From an uncultured Methanosarcinales archaeon (GTDB lineage Archaea; Nanobdellota; Nanobdellia; Woesearchaeales; WAPY01), in the NCBI GenBank assembly GCA_964385745.1, contig CAYLQB010000001.1, forward strand, positions 1 to 33,874: DNA of 33,874 bases, given 5' to 3'. Position 1 is the stretch's first letter, and the number at the start of each line of letters is the position of its first letter. This document shows positions 1-9,079 of the stretch, in pieces. The notes beneath the pieces are model-generated. The model saw only the letters and a program-made list of their open reading frames with translations, had not been told where the DNA came from and did no database searches. Position numbers and translations under genes: made by a program.

Positions 1-115
1 GAAGAGTAGCATAAGTAAGCTATATTTAGTAGTGATATAGATTTTACAGGGATAATTAACTTTAAACAAGCATATTAAATAGAGAATATTCTAAATTAAG
101 ATAGACAGCAGACCT

Positions 116-2554
116 ATGAGAATAAATTTTTACCCATTGGATTTTTCTATAAGAAACGAGAGAGAAGTACTCATATTTGCAAGGCAGGTCATAAATAATG
201 AGCCAGCTGAACATATTCTGCTCATTGATGAACTCAGGCCTTCTTTTTATGCCATAGGTAATGAAAAAACCGCCATGCGAATAATAAACAGTGCGAACAC
301 TCCACCGTTGAAATATATGATAGAGAACAAAAAATTCCTCGGTAAAGATGTCGAAGCAATCAAATTCTTTATGAACAACAAGAGAGAAATTAATCAGCTC
401 AAAAAAGAACTTGAGAAAATGGGAATCAGACACTTTGAAACAGACATTCCAAGTGTAAGAAAGTACCTGTATGACAGTAATATAATCCCTTTGACTTTAT
501 GCTCCGCTGAAGTTAATGAACTCACTGAAGAATCAAAGAACAGTAAAGTACGTGTTTTCAAAATAAGGCAAATACAGGAAGAATCAACAGAAGTATTTGA
601 CAGGATAAGAATCCTCGGAGTTGACATTGAAACATATGGGAATGAAATTAATTTTGACAAGAATCCAATCATAATGATAAGTTTCTATGGAGAGAACATA
701 AATAAAGTCATCACATGGTTTAAAGAAGACAACCCTGAAAGTGACTATAAAAAACCAAACTTTGTTGAGATTGTTAACAATGAAGGTGAACTCTTAAAGA
801 GATTTGAAGGGATATTAGAAGATTACAAACCCGACTTAATTGTCGGTTATTCATCCGATAATTTTGACTTTCCTTACATAAAAAGAAGAGCAGCAATAAA
901 CAACATTGAACTTAAAATTGGCTTGGATAATTCTAACTTAATTATAAAGAGAGGTGTAATAACAACAGCGAGGATAAAAGGGATAATACATATTGATTTA
1001 TTGAGGGTCATAAGAAACTTTATTGCAAGAAATCTAAAAACCAACAGATACGACCTGAACAGTGTTTCAAAGGAGATTCTGAATGAAGAAAAGGATAATG
1101 TAGAATTAAATGAACTCTCAAAGACATGGGATAATCTTAACAGGATGAACAAATTTTATTATTATAATTTAAAGGACTCTGAACTTGCTTATAAACTCAT
1201 AGAAAAAATACTTCCCATGCTTTTGGAGCTCGTAAAAATCACAGAATCGCCGCTCTATGATATTTCAAGGATGTCTTATTCTCAAATAGTAGAGGGCTAC
1301 TTAATAAGGAGAAGTTCAGAATTTAATGAGATTATACCAAACAAACCAGGCAGAGAAGAGAGCGTAACAAGAGCACGTCAGAGTTATGAAGGGGCATTTG
1401 TATTTGAGCCGGAGCCGGGAATTTACGACAAAATAATTGTTTTTGACTTTAAAAGTTTGTACCCAACAATAATAAGCAGTCATAACATAAGTCCGGATAC
1501 TTTAAACTGTGATTGCTGTAAAGATGATGTAAACGCGAGAGTCCCAGGATTAAATTATTGGTTCTGCATAAAAAGGAAGGGCTTTATTCCCAAGGTTATT
1601 GAAGAATTAATAAGAAGAAGAGCAACAGTAAAGAGCATAATAAGAAAGTTAAAAGCAGAAGGAAAAGAGAGTCCTATCTTAAAGGCGAGGCAGGAAATAT
1701 TAAAGAAGATAGCAAATTCTATGTATGGTTACATGGGCTTCCCAAGAGCAAGGTGGTATTGTATTGAATGCGCTGAAAGCGTAACCGCATACGGCAGGTA
1801 TTATATTCAGAAGGTGATAAGGAAAGCTGAGGAGAGGGGCTTCAAAATAATATACGCAGACACCGACTCAATATTTATAAATCTTAGAGAGAGAACGATG
1901 GAAGACGCGTTCGATTTTGTTGACAAGATAAATTCTACGCTTCCCGGTATAATGAAACTTGAATTTCAGGATTATTATTCAAAAGGTATATTCGTAAGTT
2001 CGAAATCAGGTGACTCCGGAGCAAAAAAGAAATACGCACTGCTAAAAGAAAATGGTAAACTGAAGATTACTGGACTCGAATTTGTCAGGCGGAATTACTG
2101 CGACCTGGCTAAAGAGGTTCAGATGAATACATTAAAGATAATTCTCAAAGATAATGATAAGAAAAAGGCCTTTGATTATGTCAAGAGCACTATCGATAAA
2201 GTCAGGAAAAAAGAAATCCCAAAGGAGAAGTTAATAATGAAAACACAACTTCAAAAACCAACAGACAGCTATGTCTCTGAAGGACCTCATGTAATCCTGG
2301 CAAAAAAAATGCAGGAGGAAGGGATTTTAGTAAAACCAGGAACAATAATAAGTTATATAGTAAAACCGGGAAAAGGTAAAATTGGAGAAAGGGTCGAACT
2401 GCCTGAGAAGTGCAAAGAAGATGAATACGACGATAATTACTACATAAGAAATCAGATTGTCCCGGTAGTCGAGAAAATTCTCGAACTCACCGGCTATTCA
2501 AAGGAAGAACTGCTCGAAGACAAAGAACAGGAGAGATTAGGTAAATTCTTTTAA
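116..2554 (+). CDS. polB: Family B DNA polymerase (archaeal PolB)
   Basis: 812-aa ORF. Exonuclease motifs GVDIETY (ExoI), SDNFDFPY (ExoII) and YNLKDSELAYKL (ExoIII). Polymerase motifs DFKSLYPTII (A), KKIANSMYGYMG (B), YADTDS (C) and KKKYA. Motif spacing is contiguous, with no intein-sized insert. Confidence 0.95.
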   Translation: MRINFYPLDFSIRNEREVLIFARQVINNEPAEHILLIDELRPSFYAIGNEKTAMRIINSANTPPLKYMIENKKFLGKDVEAIKFFMNNKREINQLKKELEKMGIRHFETDIPSVRKYLYDSNIIPLTLCSAEVNELTEESKNSKVRVFKIRQIQEESTEVFDRIRILGVDIETYGNEINFDKNPIIMISFYGENINKVITWFKEDNPESDYKKPNFVEIVNNEGELLKRFEGILEDYKPDLIVGYSSDNFDFPYIKRRAAINNIELKIGLDNSNLIIKRGVITTARIKGIIHIDLLRVIRNFIARNLKTNRYDLNSVSKEILNEEKDNVELNELSKTWDNLNRMNKFYYYNLKDSELAYKLIEKILPMLLELVKITESPLYDISRMSYSQIVEGYLIRRSSEFNEIIPNKPGREESVTRARQSYEGAFVFEPEPGIYDKIIVFDFKSLYPTIISSHNISPDTLNCDCCKDDVNARVPGLNYWFCIKRKGFIPKVIEELIRRRATVKSIIRKLKAEGKESPILKARQEILKKIANSMYGYMGFPRARWYCIECAESVTAYGRYYIQKVIRKAEERGFKIIYADTDSIFINLRERTMEDAFDFVDKINSTLPGIMKLEFQDYYSKGIFVSSKSGDSGAKKKYALLKENGKLKITGLEFVRRNYCDLAKEVQMNTLKIILKDNDKKKAFDYVKSTIDKVRKKEIPKEKLIMKTQLQKPTDSYVSEGPHVILAKKMQEEGILVKPGTIISYIVKPGKGKIGERVELPEKCKEDEYDDNYYIRNQIVPVVEKILELTGYSKEELLEDKEQERLGKFF

Positions 2555-2626
2555 ATAAAGAAGAATAAAAAGAAATACAAAGAAATATCCAAAAGTTTGT
2601 ATTAAGTTAAAAGATTCCAAAGGTAT

Positions 2627-3355
2627 TTATAAGATATTAGTACTGTGCTTTTTGACTTTCCTGGATACTCTCATATTCTTTTTTCTATAAAAATTACAAT
2701 ATGACTTTAAAGGACATATGTCGCATTTTGGCTTTATTGGCTTACATACCTCCTTACCAAAAGGAACAAAAATCGAATTAATTTTGGACCACAATTTTTC
2801 AGGAAATATTTTTGCCAAAGCCATTTCTGTCTCAAAAGGTGTCTTTGTCTTAACGAGTCCCAATCTATTGGAAATGCGGTGAACATGAATATCAACACAA
2901 ATCGCGTTTTTATTATAAGCAGTTGATAAAAAAAGATTCGCTGTCTTTCTTCCAACACCGGGCAGATTCAACAGTGCATCTAACTTATCAGGAACTTTCC
3001 ATCCATACTTTTCTTTTATTACCCTGCACAATTGCTTTATATGCTTCGCCTTTGTCCTATAAAAACCGACAGGATATATTAATGATTCAATTTTTTTCTC
3101 ATTCAAACCGCAAAGGTCAGTTGATGAATATTTTGAGAATAATCTCTCAGCCACCTCCTCTGTAAGCTCATCCTTTGTTCTGGCACTCAACATTATTGAG
3201 ATGAGAATCCTCAACTTATCAACTCGTAGCGGTTCTTTATTATGTTGCTTCCCGCCAGGTCTTAACTTATCAATATATGCTACTCTGCTTATTTCCTTAT
3301 CCATTAAATCAAGCAACTTTTCAGGCATCAAATTAAAGGATTTATGTTTTAACAA
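2627..3355 (-). CDS. nth: Endonuclease III (HhH-GPD DNA glycosylase/AP lyase, Nth family)
   Basis: 242-aa ORF with HhH motif LPGVGRKTANLF and VDIHVHRISNRLG. C-terminal 4Fe-4S ligand spacing is C-x6-C-x2-C-x5-C (CKPIKPKCDICPLKSYC). The TTG start at 3355 has GAGGT 7 nt upstream; ATG at 3328 is an alternative start. Confidence 0.9.
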   Translation of the reverse strand: MLKHKSFNLMPEKLLDLMDKEISRVAYIDKLRPGGKQHNKEPLRVDKLRILISIMLSARTKDELTEEVAERLFSKYSSTDLCGLNEKKIESLIYPVGFYRTKAKHIKQLCRVIKEKYGWKVPDKLDALLNLPGVGRKTANLFLSTAYNKNAICVDIHVHRISNRLGLVKTKTPFETEMALAKIFPEKLWSKINSIFVPFGKEVCKPIKPKCDICPLKSYCNFYRKKNMRVSRKVKKHSTNIL

Positions 3356-3439
3356 TTTGTCTACCTCTTACAGATTAATATAATTTTCAGGTTGTTTAAA
3401 TATATTTGCTAAGTTATTTGTTATATCCCAAGCATTAAA

Positions 3440-3447
3440 TTTATAAA
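3440..3447 (+). promoter_or_regulatory. Candidate TATA box (TTTATAAA) for the HTH regulator gene
   Basis: Palindromic octamer TTTATAAA ends 22 nt before ATG 3470. This spacing fits an archaeal TATA box driving a leaderless mRNA. Confidence 0.45.
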
Positions 3448-3469
3448 CTTCTTTTGTTTTATTTATACT

Positions 3470-3868
3470 ATGATTATTGAAAAGAAAATAATGATTTTAA
3501 AGATAAGAAGAAACTCAAATATGAATATCAATGACGAACTATTATGGTTCGGAAAATCCCTGGGCTTGTTCGGCAAGAGAGATAAGAATAAGACCTGTTA
3601 TAGAATGTTTGTTGAACTCTTGAAAAATAAGGGGGGATTAACATCCGACGACCTCGCTTTTAAATTCAATGTGACGAGAGCTACAATAATTCACCATTTG
3701 AAGAAACTCATAAACTCAGGGATAGTGATAAACAGTGGAAAAAAATATTTTCTGAGAATTGATAACCTGAGCGATTTAATTGACGAACTTGAGAACGATT
3801 TAAAGAGAAGTTTGGAAGAGTTAAAGAAGAGTGCTGAAAAGATAGACAAGAGTATAAATAAGAAGTGA
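3470..3868 (+). CDS. Winged-helix/HTH transcriptional regulator (ArsR-like fold), function unknown
   Basis: 132-aa ORF. Segment LTSDDLAFKFNVTRATIIHHLKKLINSGIV looks like an HTH recognition unit and is followed by a charged helical tail. A small hairpin GTGAAT..ATTCAC overlaps the stop codon. Confidence 0.6.
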   Translation: MIIEKKIMILKIRRNSNMNINDELLWFGKSLGLFGKRDKNKTCYRMFVELLKNKGGLTSDDLAFKFNVTRATIIHHLKKLINSGIVINSGKKYFLRIDNLSDLIDELENDLKRSLEELKKSAEKIDKSINKK

Positions 3869-4120
3869 ATACAAACAAAGAATTCACAAAGTAAAAAATT
3901 CTAAAAGAATACTTACTGAAATGAAGTTTCGCAAAGCAAACTTTGGGTAAAGAGCTACGCCTGATATTCTTTATCAGTCATTATGTTTTCCCAGAGTGGA
4001 GAGCAATCAGTGGGAGTAAATATCCGCCAGGCCGAGAAATTTTATGATGTGGAAGCACAGGTCTTTATTTTCCAACTGGTCTTTACTTGTTTGCTCCTGG
4101 CAGGCGAATATAACAAATAA

Positions 4121-4555
4121 TTAAACAAATTCTACATCTTCATCGTAATCTTCTTCTTCCTCTTCTTCCTTTGACTTCTTTTTCTTACGTGCCCTGTAAA
4201 TCTCTGCAAGTTTCGGGGTGACCACAATATAATCGTCACCAAAACCCGCAATGTCTCCCTCAACAGCATCAACTGTTTTCTTTACTTTGTTGATGGCTCT
4301 TTTCATTTCTATCATGTCTTTGTCCTTCAAAGGCCTTATATTTAAGAGGATGATTGTGTTTCCTTCTCTTAAAGCATCAATTACAGGTTTTATGTCTGTA
4401 AAATCAGTTAAGTTGAATGTCCTAACAATAATTTTTCCTTTTTCAGATTCCTCGAGAGAAGTATCCAATTCAACATAATCCTGCTCTTCTTCTTCATCAT
4501 AACCCTTCCCTTCTTTAACAAAAGCTTTCCTTATACTTGAGAAGAAATTCTTCAT
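4121..4555 (-). CDS. sepF: SepF-like cell division protein (DUF552 family)
   Basis: 144-aa ORF. N-terminal amphipathic MKNFFSSIRKAFV resembles a membrane-targeting helix. Core is IIVRTFNLTDFTDIKPVIDALREGNTIILLNIRPL...AINKVKKTVDAVEGDIAGFGDDYIVVTP, typical of SepF. GGAGGT lies 6 nt upstream of the ATG. Confidence 0.75.
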   Translation of the reverse strand: MKNFFSSIRKAFVKEGKGYDEEEEQDYVELDTSLEESEKGKIIVRTFNLTDFTDIKPVIDALREGNTIILLNIRPLKDKDMIEMKRAINKVKKTVDAVEGDIAGFGDDYIVVTPKLAEIYRARKKKKSKEEEEEEDYDEDVEFV

Positions 4556-4671
4556 TTTTAGACCTCCGCTTTTTAATATTCTGCTTAAAGTATTTTGTTA
4601 AATGCAATACTAAATTGGTTTACTATCACATATTTAAAGTTTACGATTTACAGGGGGTTAAAGGCAAAGAT

Positions 4672-4679
4672 TTTATAAA
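4672..4679 (+). promoter_or_regulatory. Candidate TATA box (TTTATAAA) for the NMD3-like gene
   Basis: The octamer ends 27 nt before ATG 4707. Confidence 0.4.
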
Positions 4680-4706
4680 CAGGACAACCAAACATCATAA
4701 CTTACT

Positions 4707-5795
4707 ATGGGAAAATGCATTATTTGCGGGAAGGAGATTAAACAGGGCATAATATGTGATGAATGCAAAAGGAAAGTGATAAAGGACAACCTAATAATAA
4801 ATAAAGGCCTAAAACTAAAAATTTGCCCTGTATGTGGCAGATACTTCTACAAAAACAGATGGGCTTATTTAGAAGAGAATACATTAAGTGATATTATTTT
4901 AAGGTCATTAAAGCTAAAAGACAAAGTAAAGAGTGTAGAAAGTGAATTAAAAGAGAATATGAGAAATCATATAGAAATTAAGAAGCAGAGCAATGAGAAA
5001 AACAATCTGATTATTTTATTCAGATTATACAATGAAGAATACTTGCTTGAAATACCGCTTGTAAAGGATGTGTGTCCCTCCTGCTTAAAAAAGAAAAGTC
5101 AGGCCTACAAGGGAGTTTTACAACTAAGGAATGTAAAAGATAAAGAGCTGCTCAAACAGATTGACAGAATCATAAAATTGGAAGTAAAGAGTTCAGGAGC
5201 GTTTATTACAAAATCAGAAAAAGTCAGAGATGGAAAGGACTATTATATCACAACGATGAAGGGAATAAGGAGAAGTGCTTCCAAAATTAAAGAGCTGTTC
5301 GGTAGTTATGTAAGCTACAATAGAAAACTCTTTTCAAGGGATAATTTGAGAAGCAAGAATATTTACAGAGTTAACACCCTTGTGAGGGTGCCTGATTTCA
5401 AAAAAGGGGATATTGTTAGCAACAAAAGTAACATAGTAATAATAAAAGGACATACCGGCGGATTAAGCGGGATAAACTTATTGACTGGAAAAAAGATGAT
5501 TATTAAAGAATCAAATAAAGAACAAGTTGAAGAAAACAATAGAAAACTAAAAAATCTCCCTGCTTACGAAACAATAGTGACAAGAGTAAAACCTAATTTA
5601 AGGGTTATGCATCCAAAAACCTTTCAGGAGAGTGTGGTTTCTAACCAACAGGCGTTTAATGAATTTAAAGGATTAAATACAGGAGACAGAATAAATGTTG
5701 TGCTGTGGGAAGATAAAGTACTTATACTTCCAGATAAGGAGTTAGGCGTAGATAAAGGAAGGAATCAAAAAGGCAGGGCTGAACAGAAAAAATGA
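4707..5795 (+). CDS. NMD3-family protein (archaeal homolog of the 60S subunit export/biogenesis adaptor)
   Basis: 362-aa ORF. N-terminal Cys clusters are CIICGKEIKQGIICDECKRK, CPVCGRYFYKNRW and CPSCLKKKSQAYKGVLQLR, matching the NMD3 zinc-binding N-terminal domain layout. Confidence 0.6.
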   Translation: MGKCIICGKEIKQGIICDECKRKVIKDNLIINKGLKLKICPVCGRYFYKNRWAYLEENTLSDIILRSLKLKDKVKSVESELKENMRNHIEIKKQSNEKNNLIILFRLYNEEYLLEIPLVKDVCPSCLKKKSQAYKGVLQLRNVKDKELLKQIDRIIKLEVKSSGAFITKSEKVRDGKDYYITTMKGIRRSASKIKELFGSYVSYNRKLFSRDNLRSKNIYRVNTLVRVPDFKKGDIVSNKSNIVIIKGHTGGLSGINLLTGKKMIIKESNKEQVEENNRKLKNLPAYETIVTRVKPNLRVMHPKTFQESVVSNQQAFNEFKGLNTGDRINVVLWEDKVLILPDKELGVDKGRNQKGRAEQKK

Positions 5796-5905
5796 AAGAA
5801 GAATCAAGAGATAATAAGAAAAAATAGGTAAATAGGACAAGAATAAGAAAAAAATAAGAGAGCGCAATAAGGAACAGGTCAAAATTTAAGGAATTTGAGG
5901 CAGTT

Positions 5906-6553
5906 ATGAAGAAAAAAACAAAAAGACAGGAAGGGAGCATACAACAACATGATGATATAAACCTTGAAGTCAGAAGAAAGATATTTCATATTTTTTTAGG
6001 TGTAGTCCTTGTTATCCTGATTTATTATGGGATTGTCAATGCTTTAATACTCTTCTTATTGCTTATTATTGGAGGATTAATCTCCCTGATAAGCAAATTT
6101 ACTGATATACCAGTAATAAGCTGGTTATTAAAAACATTTGAGAGACCTGAACAGTTGAAGAGATTTCCTGGAAAAGGAATGATATCCTTTTTTATTGGGG
6201 TATTATTAGTTGTAAAATTATTCCCAATGGATATAGCACTTGCCTCAATATTGATATTAAGTTTCGGTGATTCAGTATCCCACATTTATGGAACTCTTGT
6301 CGGAAAGAAAGGACTGCCGTGGAATAAGAAAAAAACAATTGAAGGAACAATATACGGGACAATTACAGCAACACTCGCCTCATCGATAATAATTAATCCC
6401 CTGTATGCGTTAATTGCATCCATCAGTGCAATGGGTTTTGAGAGTATTGAAATAAAGACCGGTGAGGAATTAACAGATGATAACATATTAATACCCCTGA
6501 TTGCCGGGACTGTCCTATTAATATTAAGGAACTATGGAGTCCTCATCTCATGA
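5906..6553 (+). CDS. Polytopic membrane protein of the dolichol kinase / CTP-dependent polyprenol kinase family (COG0170-like)
   Basis: 215-aa ORF with several hydrophobic spans. Motifs RKIFHIFLG, GDSVSHIYGTLVGK and KKTIEGTIYG resemble the Sec59/phytol-kinase signatures. Confidence 0.55.
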   Translation: MKKKTKRQEGSIQQHDDINLEVRRKIFHIFLGVVLVILIYYGIVNALILFLLLIIGGLISLISKFTDIPVISWLLKTFERPEQLKRFPGKGMISFFIGVLLVVKLFPMDIALASILILSFGDSVSHIYGTLVGKKGLPWNKKKTIEGTIYGTITATLASSIIINPLYALIASISAMGFESIEIKTGEELTDDNILIPLIAGTVLLILRNYGVLIS

Positions 6554-6701
6554 ATAAATTAAGGGATATAAAAGGTGATGAAAAATAAACCCCCTAACAA
6601 AAGCAATCTTATTATCAGCACTGCCAATATCAGAGATAAGGGGAGGAATACCCCTTGCTTTTTATTATAATATAAAATGGGCAATATGGATTTTAGTTCT
6701 T

Positions 6702-7052
6702 GTGAATATTCTTATAATCCCCTTAATCTTCCTGTTCTTAGATTACATAAACAACATACTCCTAAAAATAAAACCATACAAATTATTCTTTAACCATATA
6801 ATTAAAAGTACAAGGAGAAAGACAGAGGAAAAAATAGAAAAGTACGGTTATCTTGGATTAGCCCTGTTTGTTGCTGTCCCCTTACCTGTAACAGGAGCAT
6901 ATACAGGAACTCTGGCTGCATGGCTGTTTGGAATGAACCGAAGAAAGTCCTTTTTATCCATTGCATTAGGTGTAATAATTGCAAGCGTTATAGTTATGAT
7001 AGTATCAAGTTTAGGAATTAAAGCCCTTAGCATATTTATAAAGAATGTTTAG
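6702..7052 (+). CDS. Small multidrug-export-like membrane protein (PF06695/COG2426-like); ORF as called is N-terminally truncated
   Basis: 116-aa ORF from GTG 6702 with PLPVTGAYTGTLAAWLFGM. The same frame stays open upstream to 6582 and encodes the family's N-terminal motif ALPISEIRGGIPLA, but has no start codon there. An ATG at 6578 is in the -1 register (see finding). Confidence 0.6.
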   Translation: MNILIIPLIFLFLDYINNILLKIKPYKLFFNHIIKSTRRKTEEKIEKYGYLGLALFVAVPLPVTGAYTGTLAAWLFGMNRRKSFLSIALGVIIASVIVMIVSSLGIKALSIFIKNV

Positions 7053-8343
7053 GAGGAAAATACTTCTGTTTAACCTTTAAAACTTTCTGCTTGACATAAT
7101 CCTCATTAAACAGATGGTTCAACAATTTTTTTATACTCTTATACTTCCTTTTCTCAATCCCAAATATAAAATTACCCTTGACAAATGTCCTTTTATGAAC
7201 CCTTTTGAAGCTATCAACTGCCTTCTTGAGATTAACAGGAGGACCCTTCATTATTTTCTCATCACCAAGCTGAGGATTTCTAACAATAAAATAAAATATT
7301 GCTTCCTTATTGACATCTCTTTCCCAATAAAAATCCTTTTTTTCAATAACAAAATCATTTCTCAAAATTTCCTTAAATAAGAAGTTATAGACCTTCAACA
7401 ACTTGCAACCCGCAACATCTTCACTTTTCCTAACCGGCAAAACTTTTACCAAAATAAGGAACCTGCCTTTTTTCCTAGCAAAATTAACAATTTTATCCTG
7501 GTCAAATTCCTTAATCTCAAAGAATTTTAAGGACGGCTTCTTCAAAAACAATTCAGCCGACTTTATGAATATCTTAAATTTTTCGTATGAAAGAGAAGCA
7601 GCAGCATTCCTCTCTTTCTGCACAGGGTCAACAACTATCAGGGGGCCTTCTGTCTTTGATTTGTTCAGATTAAACAACGCTTTTCCCTTATAGAATTTCT
7701 CAACATCAATGATAACCTTCTGGCCGTTGTCTAACTTTCTCTTCCATTCAGAGGAAGCGACTTTAAGAATTTTCTCAAAAGAGCCATAATAAACCGTCAA
7801 TATATCAATAACATGACCTGAGAAGCCCTTAATAAATGACTCAGCACCGTAACACCCGCTTGCCTTACAAAACAATTTCATCAACCTAACAGAATCGCAA
7901 ATTTTCTCATCCGAGTGCTTCTTGAACCACAAAACATGCAGAGGGGAAGCATCCATAATATTGAGTGCTTTATCAGGATTTCTTATTTTCAATACAGGAA
8001 CAACCTCAAACTTCGTTTTTTCGTAAAAAAACTGGAAATAATCCCTACTACCATGAATTCTAACTGGGTTAAACCTCTTCAATACCTTAGCAAGAATATC
8101 GGATAATCTGTCATTCTTATCCTTATACTGCGAATAATTAAATCTAACAAAAACATCACAATCAGAAGAATCTTTTAAGAAAGTGTTTTTAGCAACAGAG
8201 CCACCAAGGAAGGTTCTGGCTTTAATATTATTCCTGAGTAATTCCGCATCTATCAGTTTAAGAATTTTAATGTATTTTTTGATGCTCTTACCTGGTTTTG
8301 TCCTTTCAAGAACACTTGAAAATACAATATCCACAGATTTCAT
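7036..8343 (-). CDS. cca: CCA-adding tRNA nucleotidyltransferase, archaeal class I
   Basis: 435-aa ORF. GGSVAKNTFLKDSSDCDVFVRF is the nucleotidyltransferase G-S...D-x-D motif, and GFSGHVIDILTVYYGSF is typical of archaeal Cca. Confidence 0.85.
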   Translation of the reverse strand: MKSVDIVFSSVLERTKPGKSIKKYIKILKLIDAELLRNNIKARTFLGGSVAKNTFLKDSSDCDVFVRFNYSQYKDKNDRLSDILAKVLKRFNPVRIHGSRDYFQFFYEKTKFEVVPVLKIRNPDKALNIMDASPLHVLWFKKHSDEKICDSVRLMKLFCKASGCYGAESFIKGFSGHVIDILTVYYGSFEKILKVASSEWKRKLDNGQKVIIDVEKFYKGKALFNLNKSKTEGPLIVVDPVQKERNAAASLSYEKFKIFIKSAELFLKKPSLKFFEIKEFDQDKIVNFARKKGRFLILVKVLPVRKSEDVAGCKLLKVYNFLFKEILRNDFVIEKKDFYWERDVNKEAIFYFIVRNPQLGDEKIMKGPPVNLKKAVDSFKRVHKRTFVKGNFIFGIEKRKYKSIKKLLNHLFNEDYVKQKVLKVKQKYFPPKHSL

Positions 8344-8363
8344 AACACAGGAAGATAAACTAA

Positions 8364-8371
8364 TTTATAAA
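8364..8371 (-). promoter_or_regulatory. Candidate TATA box (TTTATAAA) for cca
   Basis: The octamer lies 20 nt upstream of the cca ATG (8343), giving leaderless-type spacing. Confidence 0.4.
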
Positions 8372-8444
8372 AAGGTTTTGATTAATCAGAGTTTAATTTA
8401 TGTTAAGAAAGGTTAAATAGAATACTTAATAACCAAATTTCTGG

Positions 8445-8924
8445 TTAAGGCAATTCAACACTAACAGATTTACCCTTTCCAATTAATTTTACCCTGGCTG
8501 ACTTATTAATGCATAAAAAAGAGGAAGTAAGGTGAGAAATTTTAATTGGCTTAACACTGTAATCATTGTAAACTAAAAAGACAGTATTATTCGTATTTCC
8601 AGTTCTTTCATTGTTAATATATTGGACAACTTCTCTACTCTCACTACTTGAAGAAGGATTACATCCCTCTCCACAAAAACAAACCTGCCTCACATTAGAA
8701 GGTAAATTTAAGTTGATTGTAAGCTCCTCGCCAGAGTCAATAGAATTTATTGTCCTTTCAAGATACTTCTGAAATGTTAATAAGGCAGCATCATTGCCTG
8801 TTTTTTTTAATGTGATAAGAGTTTTAACGCCGAATATGAGAGTTAAGGAAATAATAAGAGCTGCCAGAATAAAGATAAAGACCTGACTTGATATCTGTGC
8901 CTGTTTTACGCTGTGATTAAACAT
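8445..8924 (-). CDS. Class III signal peptide (type IV pilin-like) protein, function unknown
   Basis: 159-aa ORF. N-terminus is MFNHSVKQA-QISSQVFIFILAALIISLTLIFG, i.e. K-x-A then Q followed by about 22 hydrophobic residues. A small beta-rich C-terminal part has a CFCGEGC motif. Confidence 0.5.
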   Translation of the reverse strand: MFNHSVKQAQISSQVFIFILAALIISLTLIFGVKTLITLKKTGNDAALLTFQKYLERTINSIDSGEELTINLNLPSNVRQVCFCGEGCNPSSSSESREVVQYINNERTGNTNNTVFLVYNDYSVKPIKISHLTSSFLCINKSARVKLIGKGKSVSVELP

Positions 8925-9079
8925 AAACTGAAAAAGGAAACCTCAATTTAAAAAACTTTTGGATTATAATAAGGCAGATTTAACTATCAATGAGCCGGTT
9001 AATAGTGTAACCAAGACCAGCAAAAGATTTAAATAATGACAACTAACTTAAGAGAATAACGAGCAGGCAAAGTGATAAA

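Noticed and set aside
62-433. 123-aa minus-strand ORF overlapping the polB start region
   Set aside because: It is antisense to a confidently identified polB, has a low-complexity F/L/Y-rich translation, and lacks an RBS or promoter. It looks like a typical AT-rich shadow ORF.
116-2554. Possible intein or split in the family B polymerase
   Set aside because: Motifs A, B and C are at normal spacing within one 812-aa ORF. No Cys/Ser-His-Asn splice junction insert is visible.
4020-4065. SRP RNA, suggested by CCGCCAGGCC followed by GGAAGCA, reminiscent of the helix 8 consensus
   Set aside because: The two motif halves are separated by about 20 nt that do not form the GNRA-capped helix 8. The candidate region is also much shorter than archaeal 7S RNA. 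It is kept only as a generic ncRNA/small-ORF candidate.
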